DNA of 32,000 nt from Pasteurella multocida (GCF_900187275.1 NZ_LT906458.1:810001-842000); one strand, 5' to 3'. Shown: positions 21,630 to 32,000, counted from the first letter of the stretch. A program made the numbers and translations. The notes: generated by a model from the sequence alone, not told the origin.

Positions 21630-22352
21630 ATGCAACTTCCTCCCCTTCAATCCGCGACACTGATTCGTCGCTACAAACGTTTTCTCGCAGATGTACAACT
21701 TGATAATGGTGAGATGCTAACCATTCATTGTGCAAATACCGGTGCCATGACAGGTTGTGGTGAAGCAGGAGATATTGTTTGGTATTCACATTCCGATAGT
21801 CAAACACGTAAATACCCACATTCTTGGGAATTAACCGAGCTAAAAAATGGCAATATGGTCTGTATTAATACTCATCGCTCTAATCAACTCACTTTAGAAG
21901 CACTGCAAAATAAACAAATTAAAGCATTGGCGATGTATGAACAGATCCTACCAGAAGTGAAATATGGTGAGGAAAATAGCCGAATTGATTTTTTACTCAA
22001 AGGCGATGGATTACCCGATTGTTATGTAGAAGTGAAATCTGTCACCTTAGTAAAAAACACGATTGGCATGTTCCCTGATGCCGTCACTACACGAGGACAA
22101 AAACATTTACGCGAATTAATAGCAATGAAAAAACGAGGACATCGTGCCGTAGTCTTTTTTGCGGGCTTACACAATGGTTTTGATTGTTTTAAAGTGGCAG
22201 AATATATTGACCCAGAATACGACAAGTTGCTACAAGAGGCGATACAAGAAGGCGTAGAGGTGTATGCCTATGCAGGTAAATTTGATTTTTCTGATAAAAA
22301 ACCAACCGCACTTTCTCTCACCCATTGTGTGCCTTATATCGGTAAAAAGTAA
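21630..22352 (+). CDS. sfsA: Sugar fermentation stimulation protein SfsA
   Basis: ATG at 21630; [57 protein letters not shown]. Confidence 0.95.
   Translation: MQLPPLQSATLIRRYKRFLADVQLDNGEMLTIHCANTGAMTGCGEAGDIVWYSHSDSQTRKYPHSWELTELKNGNMVCINTHRSNQLTLEALQNKQIKALAMYEQILPEVKYGEENSRIDFLLKGDGLPDCYVEVKSVTLVKNTIGMFPDAVTTRGQKHLRELIAMKKRGHRAVVFFAGLHNGFDCFKVAEYIDPEYDKLLQEAIQEGVEVYAYAGKFDFSDKKPTALSLTHCVPYIGKK
22305..22313 (-). repeat. Hin-type DNA uptake signal core (intragenic, sfsA)
   Basis: ACCGCACTT within sfsA codons PTALS. Confidence 0.85.
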
Positions 22353-22389
22353 CCGATTCATTTATTGAGAATTATTTTCATTAAATCTA

Positions 22390-22418
22390 TTGACAACAAT
22401 TTTGATAACGATTATCAT
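22390..22418 (+). promoter_or_regulatory. Sigma70-type promoter TTGACA-N17-TATCAT
   Basis: TTGACA 22390-22395, TATCAT 22413-22418, 17-nt spacer; no ORF begins downstream on this strand before the terminator. Confidence 0.7.
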
Positions 22419-22422
22419 TCAT
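22404..22422. promoter_or_regulatory. Fur-box-like operator overlapping the -10 of an orphan promoter
   Basis: GATAACGATTATCATTCAT, 14/19 to GATAATGATAATCATTATC. Confidence 0.7.
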
Positions 22423-22424
22423 TT

Positions 22425-22494
22425 CATTCGAACAACAATAGATAATCACTCCAACATTTGAACGCCTCCTCCCCCACAAAGAGGCGTTTTTTTT
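22425..22494 (+). ncRNA. Candidate Fur-repressed small RNA of about 70 nt (start position estimated)
   Basis: Promoter plus Fur box, no ATG, ends in terminator AACGCCTC-CTCCCCCACAAA-GAGGCGTT followed by a T run. Confidence 0.6.
22461..22494 (+). terminator. Strong Rho-independent terminator with C-rich loop
   Basis: AACGCCTC (22461-22468) / GAGGCGTT (22481-22488), T run 22487-22494; reverse complement lacks a T tail so it is one-directional. Confidence 0.9.
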
Positions 22495-22567
22495 ATGCGA
22501 AATTTTTGTAAACATCTTTAATTCATTTTTCCCTCTTGCGTCAAAATAACTACTTATCAAAAACAGC

Positions 22568-22753
22568 TTAATCTAACAAAGCACGATGATTCTCATCAGG
22601 CTCCATGTTATGTAGTTGAAGAATCAATTTTCCTTTATATATGAGTTGTTCATAATGAGCACCACCATGCCCTTTGGCTGCGCCTAAGTTTTTGGTATAC
22701 CAGTCTGTACTTACCTGTACATCACGAACAGTGATTAGTGTTTGGTTATGCAT
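22568..22753 (-). pseudogene. Truncated VOC/glyoxalase-bleomycin resistance family protein
   Basis: 61 aa TLITVRDVQVSTDWYTKNLGAAKGHGGAHYEQLIYKGKLILQLHN; only the N-terminal half of a usual VOC domain. Confidence 0.6.
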
Positions 22754-22952
22754 ATATTTTCCTTTCTTGCTGCTCGCTTTATCACTTTCTTGTTCAAATT
22801 ATAATTTATCCGTTTCATTTCCCCAAAACACCAGATAACACAAGATTCGCTTTTTCCTGCCATAATCATAAATAAAGCCATATCGAGCCTTTTCATTTAA
22901 CGAATAATCACTATAATGTAGAATTTTAGCCAAAATGAAACAGGAAATTAGA

Positions 22953-24140
22953 ATGACGGAGATAAATACGGTTCTTGCTGAACTTAAACGTGGTGTAGAT
23001 GAAATTCTTTCAGAAGCGGACTTAATTGAAAAACTAAAAGAAAACCGCCCTTTACGCGTAAAATTAGGTGCTGATCCAACAGCCCCTGATATCCATTTAG
23101 GACACACCGTCGTATTAAATAAATTACGTCAATTTCAACAATTTGGTCATGAAGTCATTTTCTTAATTGGTGACTTTACCGGTATGGTTGGTGACCCATC
23201 TGGCAAGAATACTACTCGCCCACCACTCAGTCGTGACGATGTCTTACGCAATGCCGAAACCTACAAGCAACAAATCTATAAGATTTTAGATCCACAAAAA
23301 ACCCGTATTGTGTTTAACTCAAGCTGGTTAGGCGAATTAGGGACAGAAGGCATGATTCGTTTAACCTCAAATTACACCGTTGCACGTATGTTAGAACGTG
23401 ATGATTTCAAAAAACGTTTTAGCAACAACCAGCCTATCGCGATTCATGAATTTATCTATCCTTTATTGCAAGGTTATGACTCTGTGGCATTAGATGCCGA
23501 TATCGAATTAGGTGGAACAGACCAAAAATTCAATCTTTTAGTCGGACGTGAATTACAAAAATCGGCGGGTCAAAAACCGCAAGTTGCCATCACGTTACCA
23601 CTACTTGTAGGCTTAGACGGTGAGAAAAAAATGTCGAAGTCACTGGGTAATTACATTGGTGTTGCAGAAAGCCCGACAGAAATGTTTGGTAAAGTGATGT
23701 CAATTTCTGATGAGCTCATGTGGGATTGGTATGACTTACTGTCTTTCCGCCCATTAACCGAAATCGCCCAATTAAAACAAGAGGTTGAAAACGGACGTAA
23801 CCCACGTGATATCAAAGTGTTACTTGCCAAAGAAATCATTGCTCGTTTCCATAGTGAAGCTGACGCAGAAGCTGCAGAACAAGAATTTATTAATCGTTTC
23901 CAAAAAGGCGCAATGCCTGAAGATATGCCTGAATTGACCTTTGAAGGAGAAATGGGCTTAGCAAACTTGTTAAAAGAAGCGGGATTAGTCGCCTCAACCT
24001 CTGAAGCAAACCGGATGGTGCAACAAGGTGGCGTGAAAATTGACGGTGAAAAAGTCGAAGATGCCAAATTAGTTATCAAAGCAAGTACCGCCGTTTATCA
24101 AGTAGGTAAACGTAAGTTTGCGCGTGTGACAGTGAAGTAA
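22953..24140 (+). CDS. tyrS: Tyrosyl-tRNA synthetase
   Basis: [55 protein letters not shown]-terminal S4-like domain. Confidence 0.98.
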   Translation: MTEINTVLAELKRGVDEILSEADLIEKLKENRPLRVKLGADPTAPDIHLGHTVVLNKLRQFQQFGHEVIFLIGDFTGMVGDPSGKNTTRPPLSRDDVLRNAETYKQQIYKILDPQKTRIVFNSSWLGELGTEGMIRLTSNYTVARMLERDDFKKRFSNNQPIAIHEFIYPLLQGYDSVALDADIELGGTDQKFNLLVGRELQKSAGQKPQVAITLPLLVGLDGEKKMSKSLGNYIGVAESPTEMFGKVMSISDELMWDWYDLLSFRPLTEIAQLKQEVENGRNPRDIKVLLAKEIIARFHSEADAEAAEQEFINRFQKGAMPEDMPELTFEGEMGLANLLKEAGLVASTSEANRMVQQGGVKIDGEKVEDAKLVIKASTAVYQVGKRKFARVTVK

Positions 24141-24160
24141 GCAAAACTGTTGCAAAATAG

Positions 24161-24169
24161 ACCGCACTT
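24161..24169 (-). repeat. Hin-type DNA uptake signal core
   Basis: ACCGCACTT. Confidence 0.85.
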
Positions 24170-24184
24170 TGTCTCAATATATTG

Positions 24185-24214
24185 AATGGGCAGTCAATAC
24201 ACTGCCCATTTTTT
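24185..24214 (+). terminator. Terminator downstream of tyrS
   Basis: AATGGGCAGT-caatac-ACTGCCCATTTTTT. Confidence 0.9.
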
Positions 24215-24232
24215 ATTTCTCCTGCTCACAAA

Positions 24233-24261
24233 AAAAGCCCTATTTACACAATCGGGCTTTT
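24233..24261 (-). terminator. Terminator of the 24282-27649 receptor
   Basis: AAAAGCCC ... GGGCTTTT; reverse strand followed by TTT run. Confidence 0.75.
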
Positions 24262-24281
24262 AAATAAAATGACAAAACATG

Positions 24282-27200
24282 CTAGAATTTTGCGGTTAAA
24301 CCAAATTTTACCGTACGACCTGGCGCAGGCATGGAAGACCTTGTCATCGGATCAAGATAATAACGATCTGTTAAGTTTGTTCCAGATAAGGTGAGCAACA
24401 AATGCTCATTGACTTGATAATTAATATACGCATCTACTAAGAATACTGGGGTCCAACGAGGTACATTGCTATACCCAGGGAAGCCAGCCTCAAATAAAGA
24501 TTTATTGCGTGTATCTTTAACATTGGTGTGATAAACCAAGCGAGTACCTAGCTCCAATTTTTCATCCAATAAACGCATACCTAAATTTGAAGTGATGCTG
24601 TATTTCGGCAAAATGGTATTTTTTAAGTAACCATTGGCATTACCGCCATTCACACAAACAGGGTGGATATTATTTCCCCGAATAGAGAAGTCGTTATTAA
24701 TAATAGCCGACTCTTTATCACAGAATTTATTGCGGATATTGTAGCTAATGCCTAAATCCGCAAAGAAGTTGCCTTGGTCATAACGCCCTTGTAATTCTAG
24801 CCCCTCTAAAATACGTTTTTCAAATTGGCGCATTTCGTAATTTGCATCACGGTCAAAAATATTTTGGTGGTATTTTTGTACCAATTTAAGCGAATATCAG
24901 CCCGTCTTAACCGTGGGAAGAAACCTCGTAAATCGTGTACATAACCAATCTCAATATTTTTACTGTGCTCAGGTTTACGCTTATACAATGGTGTCAACAC
25001 TGCCACCGAATAACCAATAGTATCTTCAAATAAACTTGGCATCCGCTTGGTTTCGTCATAACGTGCATAAATACGTACATTTGGGCTTAAAAAAACGGTC
25101 GCACTAAACGAAGGCGCCCAAGCATGATCTTTACGTTCAGCTTTTTTCATGGCTTCCCATTGAGCATCCGTAAGAGGAATATGTTCGCCTTTTGCGCTTC
25201 CTTCAAGTCGATAGCGATAGATTTTATCTCCTGCTAACAAGTTACCCGCCCCCTCAAAATTGCGTGGAATAACTTCCTCATTTTTTCCCGTAATCGGATT
25301 TTCAACTAATTCTTTCAAGCTAGCGGGATCAACCTCCCCATTAAACGTTGGAAACGCCTCTCCAGAATAATTGCCATATTCATTTTTATACCAGAAAAAT
25401 TCTTTAACAAGATCATACTTCATTCCTGAACCTTGCCCATTAAAATATTTTTCTTCAAATTCTTTTTCCTCTGCAGATAACTCTGGAAAATTATTCGCAA
25501 GTTTAAATTCCTCAAATCTCGCGTCCCTCTCATCACGAAAATAAGGATAACATGTACTATCTGCAAAACCTGCTTGCTGACAAATTTCCTCCGCTGTCAT
25601 ACCTTGACTTAATAAAGTATCATACTTGGGATCTTTTTCTGCAAATTGTTTTGTGAGTTCAATTTGGCGGTTATAGGTTTTTTTATAACGTTCGGCAATT
25701 GCTTGATCAACCTCCTCCAGTTCTCTAACTTTCAATAAACTCAATTTAATCACAGAAGGATTTTGAATTGCCTCTTTATTCATATCCTTAATTTTTTCTT
25801 GTAATCCCTTATCTTTTGATTTGTAGTGGGTATATTTCATCCCTGCCGTGAGCATTAACCAATCCGTTGGCATATATTCAAAACGGAAACCGGCATTAAA
25901 CTCATTACGCGTGCCCTTTCTGGGTGCGGCTTTAGCATCGCTACTAATGCCTACTTTACAAGCATTCGGATTGGTTGGGCTACATGTTCCCGACATAGCA
26001 CCTGGCAATTGATATTTTTCCCACAGTCCAAATACAGTTTCCGTTTCGAGGGTTTCACGACGATAGTTCGCCATCACATCAAGATTTAATCTCGGATGAA
26101 GCTCAAAGCGGTTACTTATTGTTAATCCCCAATGGTTATCACGCGCAAATTGGGCGTGTGCTTTTTGCGTATTAAAAATGCCGTCTGTGTTTGGAGTTGC
26201 AGTGCCTGAATTTAAATAAGCCTCTGTTTTTTCTTTCATGAGTTTAACTAACTCTTTTTCCACTTCTTTACGGAAATTAGGATCATCAAAATCGAAATTC
26301 CAATCTGGATGCATTTGCATATATTGTGGTCCTACAATGCTATAGGCTTCGTTAATTGCTTCCATACGCATATTGGTATATTGCTGATCAGAGAACAATA
26401 CATCCATTGGTGAGCCACCCGCCGTATTGGTTAAGGTCTTATTCCACAATGCCCAAGCTCCTATCTTTAAATCAATCCACTTATTATCTGGTGGACTAAG
26501 TTCATAGTTAAAACTGATGGATTTTTGTTTTACATTAGCAAGAGGCCATTCTAGAACTGTACCTAATCCCCCCCAAACTTGACCTAAACGCGATGGCATA
26601 ATATCGCCATATTGAATATCACTTTGTCTAAAATTCATATTTACATTGGAATAATCATTAATATAATATTTTCCTTTCAACAATAAAGATTTAGATTCAT
26701 ACGAGGTATTCGGTGTTTCATATTTCGGATAATAAATTTTCGCAATATAAGGCACATAAGGATCATCACTGTAAAGATTAACATTTCGCTCCATAGGTTT
26801 TCCCTCACCATAACGATGTCCCCCTTTCGAACCTGCATAATAATTTCCTTTATTGCGATAAGCATACGCAGCTAAACCCTCAAACTTATCTTGCTTAGTT
26901 GCAACGGCAAGACGAATCGCATTATCATTAAAGAACTTATTACGCCCACCGCTACGTGGTTCTTGACGATCATCTCCTTTGAAGAAAGCTGCCCATTCGC
27001 CTAATTCAGCCCCACCAAGTTGGCTGACCTTACGGTAGTCTTCACCAAAGATATACGGACCAGGTCGTTTTTTAATGGAATTATTGGCAGTCTCAACCTT
27101 TAACTCAATCCCCCATTTTTCTCCGGGTTTGACAATATCATCAACAGACAATGTGTTCATTCTCACCGTCCCTGCTGAACCTGTTCGTAAAGAGCGGTTT

Positions 27201-27649
27201 AAATTTGGTCCTTTTTCAACAGAAATAGAACTAATCAAAAATGGATCAAGATAGTTACGGTTTGATACTCCCGCATAACCACGCCAAATCGTAATAGATT
27301 GTTCTGTATCATCAACAAGAACTGGTATCCGACCTTGTCCCCATGCGCTACGAATAATGGGGTCAACGGCTCCACCATTGCGCGCATCACCACTATAAAC
27401 CCCCGTGATCCCACTAAACAGATCAGAAACTGATTGACCATGGAAGGTTTCAATTTCTTTTTTACTTTTATATTCTGTTACCTGATCTTTGGTAAATATT
27501 TCATCTTTTCCAGCTTGTCCTTTATCGCCACTTTTTCCACCCACAACAATGGTTTCTAAGGTTGTTGCTTGAGCAACAGAAAGATTTAACAACATTAAAA
27601 GTAACCCCATCGCTAAACTGTGATGTTTTAGCTGATTTGATTTTTTCAT
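24282..27649 (-). pseudogene. Large TonB-dependent iron-type receptor split by an apparent 1-nt deletion near 24862-24865
   Basis: Frame 1 (24806-27649): signal peptide, TTLETIVVGG, plug GQGRIPVLVDDTEQSITIWRGYAGVSNRNYLDP. Frame 2 (24282-24884): FDRDANYEMRQFEKRILEGLELQG ... VNEHLLLTLSGTNLTDRYYLDPMTRSSMPAPGRTVKFGLTAKF. Adding one nt gives 3369 nt = 1123 codons. Confidence 0.85.
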
Positions 27650-27671
27650 CGCAAACATAATTACCCCATTT

Positions 27672-27690
27672 AAAAATAATAATCATTATT
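27672..27690. promoter_or_regulatory. Fur-box-like operator upstream of the split receptor
   Basis: AAAAATAATAATCATTATT, 15/19 to GATAATGATAATCATTATC, about 23 nt before the ATG. Confidence 0.75.
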
Positions 27691-27810
27691 ACTATCATTT
27701 AATTACAGGGAGATTTTAAGAAATGTACATTTATTATTCAATTTTTAAAATGCGATTTTGTGATCTCTCACACATTTATTTAACAAAATAATAACATTCT
27801 AAAAAATAGA

Positions 27811-27833
27811 AAAGACCGCACAATACGGTCTTT
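27811..27833 (-). terminator. Terminator of truB
   Basis: AAAGACCG-cacaata-CGGTCTTT; T-rich on the reverse strand side. Confidence 0.75.
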
Positions 27834-27869
27834 CGTCAAGGATGAACAAACAATAATTCAAGATGTGTA

Positions 27870-28784
27870 TTATGTGATTAAACGTTGCGGACGAATGACA
27901 TTATGTTCATCGACTAAGGCAACACCTAAAAATTGTTGTGTGTCAGAAAATAAACGCACTTGTCCAGTAAGCTGAGTTGGATTGTCAAACTTGACACGTT
28001 GACCAAAACTAATGGCTTTACTTTGTTCCTGATTTAAATGCAATGCAGGTAATGCGGAGACCGCACTGTCTGTCGGTAATAAGTGCTGATCTAATAATGC
28101 GAGGTCTTGTTGTGCAGCTAAAACTTGTAAAGTGTCCCAGTCCATCATCGCCTCCACAGGATAATTGGCAACAGCGGTTCGACGTAACACCGTTACATGT
28201 GCACCACAGCCCAAATATTCGCCTAAATCATCCACTAAAGTGCGTATATAAGTGCCTTTTGAACAATGTACTTCTAGCGTTAAATAAGGGGCATCGTACG
28301 CAATAAATTGCAAGTCAAAAATCGTGATCGGGCGAGCTTCTCGTTCCACTGTTATGCCGGCACGTGCATACTCATATAAAGGCTTACCTTGATGTTTTAA
28401 CGCAGAAAACATCGTGGGAACTTGCATTAAATCGCCACGAAAATGTGGTAGTGCAGCCAAAATGTCCTGCACATCTACCTGCACATCTCGTGTTTCAACG
28501 ACTTGCCCTTCCGCATCGGACGTATCGGTTCTTTCCCCAAGTTTCGCGGTCACTTGATAACGTTTATCCGCATCCAACAAAAATTGTGAAAACTTCGTGG
28601 CTTCACCTAAGCAAACTGGCAACATCCCCGTTGCCAAAGGATCTAATGCACCTGTGTGTCCTGCTTTGTTAGCTTGAAACACACGTTTGACCTTTTGCAT
28701 AATATCATTGGAGCTCATCCCTTGAGGCTTATCTAGCAAAAAAACGCCGTCAATATCACGTCCACGTTTGCGCGGCTTCGCCAT
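27870..28784 (-). CDS. truB: tRNA pseudouridine(55) synthase TruB
   Basis: [55 protein letters not shown]. Confidence 0.98.
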   Translation of the reverse strand: MAKPRKRGRDIDGVFLLDKPQGMSSNDIMQKVKRVFQANKAGHTGALDPLATGMLPVCLGEATKFSQFLLDADKRYQVTAKLGERTDTSDAEGQVVETRDVQVDVQDILAALPHFRGDLMQVPTMFSALKHQGKPLYEYARAGITVEREARPITIFDLQFIAYDAPYLTLEVHCSKGTYIRTLVDDLGEYLGCGAHVTVLRRTAVANYPVEAMMDWDTLQVLAAQQDLALLDQHLLPTDSAVSALPALHLNQEQSKAISFGQRVKFDNPTQLTGQVRLFSDTQQFLGVALVDEHNVIRPQRLIT

Positions 28785-29182
28785 TACTTTTCCTCTGAAA
28801 CATCGTCATCAATATGACGCGCATTATCTTCGCGAATCACATTGCTGACTAAATTAGACATTCGCATCCCTTCAATCAAAGAGCGGTCATAAATAAAGCG
28901 AATTTCAGGCACAATACGCAAACGCATTGCTTTCCCTAACAAACTACGAATATAAGGAGAGGCTTTTTCTAGACCTTTCATCCCCGCATCAATTGCAGAT
29001 TCGTCGTTATCAAACAAGAATGTCACAAAGACTTTGGCATAAGCAAGATCACTCGATACTTCAACATCGGAGACCGTTACCATACCAATACGAGGATCTT
29101 TGACTTCACGTTGTAAAATCACCGCAATTTCTTTTTGAATTTCTTGTGCTACGCGATCACTACGTTTAAATTCTCTTGCCAT
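28784..29182 (-). CDS. rbfA: 30S ribosome-binding factor RbfA
   Basis: [33 protein letters not shown]; internal ATG at 29182 preferred over the 29278 ORF start. Confidence 0.95.
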   Translation of the reverse strand: MAREFKRSDRVAQEIQKEIAVILQREVKDPRIGMVTVSDVEVSSDLAYAKVFVTFLFDNDESAIDAGMKGLEKASPYIRSLLGKAMRLRIVPEIRFIYDRSLIEGMRMSNLVSNVIREDNARHIDDDVSEEK

Positions 29183-29397
29183 TTGCTTTTCCTTTCCTTT
29201 TTCATTAAGGCGTGTATTTTGGCATAAATACTCGGTTTTTAACACAGATAACTGAATAATCCACACAATTTTATTCAATTTTTTGCTCTACTCTTTTAGA
29301 GTTTTCTTGTCTAGCTGATCTCATCCTATGTGATATTGCCTATGCAGATAAAAATCGGTATGGTATGGGTGATTTTACCAACACATCAGGAGGTATT

Positions 29398-30168
29398 ATG
29401 CATTTCATCAATCGTTATTGCGTGGTTTTCTTATCAAGTTTACTGTTGATAGGTTGTCAAGACAGTTTAACTGGTGCGTTATATGATAGAGGAGAATCAC
29501 CAGAAATCGTCCGCTATCATGTCGAGAAAGATCAAATTTACTTTTTTGGTTTAACACCCGATAAAAAAATTGCAGTATTAGGTGAAAAATACCATTATCT
29601 GCTGAAAGAGAAAAAGCCTAACGATCAATATCTGATTGAGAAAATCGTGAAATTACCTTTCAAGCAACATCTTTATTCTCAAATGGCAATCATCAATAGC
29701 AGTAAACAAAAACCAGATGAAATCAGCACTTCACTTTATTTAGCTTTAGATCTTCGTCAGCTAAGCCAAAAACAACGACAGACCGCCAGTATGTTAGGGT
29801 TTAAAAATCTTTCCTATAAGTCGGGTTTCTATGACATGATTAAGCAATATCAACCTAAAATTGATTTAGAAAAATTAAATCGAGAAAAGCAAATTTGGTA
29901 TCGTGAAATTGATCTAGTTGGTCATCGTTATTTGCCAAAAGCGGGAGCAAACTATGTCGTGAAAAATCAGTATCCATTTTCTGAAATGGTAGAAATACAT
30001 ACGGATATTGAATATCTCCCCGCTCGCCAAAATGCAAACGCGGGTACCCTATTGCTCACCCCTTTTGCTGCGATTGCCGATGTCGCAACAGGTATTTTAG
30101 CCGTGCCTGCTTATATCGGTTTACAAGCAGTTTGTCTTGGTCAAAGCGATGGCTTTATTTGTAAATAG
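29398..30168 (+). CDS. Hypothetical lipoprotein
   Basis: ATG at 29398 with caggagg RBS; lipobox LLLIGC near the N-terminus; hydrophobic near-C-terminal segment. Confidence 0.8.
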   Translation: MHFINRYCVVFLSSLLLIGCQDSLTGALYDRGESPEIVRYHVEKDQIYFFGLTPDKKIAVLGEKYHYLLKEKKPNDQYLIEKIVKLPFKQHLYSQMAIINSSKQKPDEISTSLYLALDLRQLSQKQRQTASMLGFKNLSYKSGFYDMIKQYQPKIDLEKLNREKQIWYREIDLVGHRYLPKAGANYVVKNQYPFSEMVEIHTDIEYLPARQNANAGTLLLTPFAAIADVATGILAVPAYIGLQAVCLGQSDGFICK

Positions 30169-30212
30169 AGTGAAACATCTTACTTTCCCACGGGCTTCTA
30201 TGCTTTGCACAA

Positions 30213-30221
30213 AAGTGCGGT
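30213..30221 (+). repeat. Hin-type DNA uptake signal core
   Basis: AAGTGCGGT. Confidence 0.85.
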
Positions 30222-30272
30222 GGTATTTAAAAAAGTTTTGCGAGCAATATTTGCTATTCCACCATACAAAAA

Positions 30273-30299
30273 AGCGGAGAACTTAACGCTCTCCGCTTG
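30273..30299 (-). terminator. Terminator downstream of infB
   Basis: Reverse strand AAGCGGAGA-gcgttaagt-TCTCCGCTT then TTTT. Confidence 0.85.
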
Positions 30300-30318
30300 T
30301 GACATTCGTAATCAATAA

Positions 30319-32000
30319 TTAGATCGTACGTTTAATCTCAACCACTTCGAACACCTCGATTTGGTCGCCGACTTTCACATCATTGTAGTTCTTCACACCA
30401 ATACCACATTCCATACCGTTACGTACTTCTGCTACGTCATCTTTAAAGCGACGTAATGACTCAAGTTCGCCCTCAAAAATGACCACGTTATCACGTAAGA
30501 CACGGATTGGGTTGTTACGTTTGACAATACCTTCTGTCACCATACAACCTGCGATTGCGCCAAATTTCGGATGACGGAAAACATCACGCACTTCAGCCAA
30601 ACCGATAATTTCTTGTTTAAATTCAGGTTGTAGCATACCGCTCATCGCTGCTTTGATTTCGTTTAATAGCTCATAAATAATTGAGTAGTAACGTAAGTCA
30701 ATGCTTTCTGATTCGATAATACGGCGCGCTGAGGCATCGGCACGTACGTTAAAGCCAAGTACGATCGCATTCGAGGCTGCCGCTAAAGTCGCATCCGTTT
30801 CCGTGATACCACCGACACCGGAACCCACCACTTTTACCTTCACTTCGGCAGTAGAAAGTTCGTTCAATGACTGACAGATCGCTTCCACCGATCCTTGTAC
30901 GTCTGCTTTCACAATCACGTTCAACTCAGCCACATCCCCTTCTGCCATATTAGTAAACATATTTTCCAATTTGGCTTTTTGTTGACGTGCTAATTTCACT
31001 TCACGGAATTTACCTTGACGATATAACGCCACTTCACGTGCTTTTTTCTCATCACGTACAACCGTTGCTTCATCACCTGCAGCAGGTACTCCTGAAAGCC
31101 CCAATACCTCAACAGGAATTGAAGGACCTGCACTTGCTACATCTTTCCCGTTTTCGTTACGCATTGCACGCACACGACCATATTCAAAACCACAAAGTAC
31201 GATATCACCACGGTGTAAAGTACCGGTTTGCACAAGAATTGTTGCAACTGGACCACGACCTTTATCAAGATAAGATTCAATCACCACACCTGTCGCCATA
31301 CCGTCTTTCACGGCAGTTAATTCAAGAACTTCCGATTGTAATAAGATCGCTTCAAGCAACTCATCAACACCAGTCCCTTTCTTCGCCGAAACATATACAA
31401 ACTGAGTGTCACCACCGAATTTTTCTGCGACGACTTCATGTTGTAACAATTCGGTCTCAACACGCTCTGGGTTCGCTTCTGGTTTATCAATTTTATTGAC
31501 TGCAACCACAATCGGTACACCTGCAGCTTTCGCATGTTGGATCGCCTCAATGGTTTGTGGCATCACACCATCATCTGCCGCGACCACAAGTACCACGATA
31601 TCCGTTGCTTTCGCACCACGCGCACGCATCGAAGTAAATGCTGCGTGTCCTGGTGTATCTAAGAAAGTGATCATTTTGCCATCAGTTTCTACATGGTATG
31701 CACCGATGTGCTGGGTGATCCCACCCGCTTCACCAGAGGCAACCTTAGCTTTACGAATGTAGTCAAGTAGTGAGGTTTTACCGTGGTCAACGTGACCCAT
31801 GATGGTCACCACTGGTGCGCGCGTGACTAATTCCGCATCCACATCGCGATCGCTCATCACCGATTCTTCCAACTCATTCTCTTTACGAATGATCACTTTA
31901 TGCCCCATTTCTTCTGCCACAAGCTGTGCGGTTTCTTGGTCAATCACTTGGTTAATAGTGGCCATTGCGCCCATTTTCATCATCGTTTTGATGACTTCTG
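30319..32000 (-). CDS. infB: Translation initiation factor IF-2, C-terminal part, 5' end beyond window
   Basis: [53 protein letters not shown]-terminal [19 protein letters not shown]. Confidence 0.98.
   Translation of the reverse strand, partial: EVIKTMMKMGAMATINQVIDQETAQLVAEEMGHKVIIRKENELEESVMSDRDVDAELVTRAPVVTIMGHVDHGKTSLLDYIRKAKVASGEAGGITQHIGAYHVETDGKMITFLDTPGHAAFTSMRARGAKATDIVVLVVAADDGVMPQTIEAIQHAKAAGVPIVVAVNKIDKPEANPERVETELLQHEVVAEKFGGDTQFVYVSAKKGTGVDELLEAILLQSEVLELTAVKDGMATGVVIESYLDKGRGPVATILVQTGTLHRGDIVLCGFEYGRVRAMRNENGKDVASAGPSIPVEVLGLSGVPAAGDEATVVRDEKKAREVALYRQGKFREVKLARQQKAKLENMFTNMAEGDVAELNVIVKADVQGSVEAICQSLNELSTAEVKVKVVGSGVGGITETDATLAAASNAIVLGFNVRADASARRIIESESIDLRYYSIIYELLNEIKAAMSGMLQPEFKQEIIGLAEVRDVFRHPKFGAIAGCMVTEGIVKRNNPIRVLRDNVVIFEGELESLRRFKDDVAEVRNGMECGIGVKNYNDVKVGDQIEVFEVVEIKRTI

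Noticed and set aside
22799-23107. 102-aa minus-strand ORF overlapping tyrS 5' end
   Set aside because: tyrS is certain in this region; the ORF shows no recognisable motif.
30987-31499. 170-aa plus-strand ORF (and 31406-31762 plus, 31317-31550 minus)
   Set aside because: Lies antisense to or out of frame with infB, which is unambiguous here; composition looks like a shadow of the real frame.
1-32000. CRISPR array, toxin-antitoxin, restriction-modification, retron, transposon or prophage
   Set aside because: No regularly spaced repeats, transposase, reverse transcriptase, methylase or phage gene products in the ORF track or sequence.

Overview
A 32 kb chromosomal window from a Pasteurellaceae-type genome, judged from gene content and many exact AAGTGCGGT/ACCGCACTT (Hin-type) DNA uptake signal cores. 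It is mostly core genes: dnaK (3' part), metY-like, dnaJ, modABC, modE, yfbR-like, degS, ribD, nrdR, a uracil-DNA glycosylase-like gene, pntB/pntA, sfsA, tyrS, truB, rbfA and infB (partial). Three large TonB-dependent receptor loci are interspersed. One is intact (hemoglobin/heme type, 5029-7383). One ZnuD-like locus (10406-13111) is interrupted by a single in-frame TAA. One iron-type locus (24282-27649) is split by an apparent 1-nt deletion. The most interesting non-coding signal is at about 22390-22496: TTGACA-N17-TATCAT overlapped by a Fur-box-like sequence, followed about 70 nt later by a strong one-directional Rho-independent terminator with a C-rich loop (CUCCCCCACAAA) and no ATG. This fits a Fur-repressed small RNA. 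Other cis-signals are a near-identical 21-nt motif upstream of both modA and modE, a Zur-box-like palindrome at the znuD-like gene, Fur-like boxes at both iron receptors, and an internal terminator between modA and modB. I found no CRISPR array, transposase, prophage, tRNA or rRNA, and no clear multi-gene defence system.
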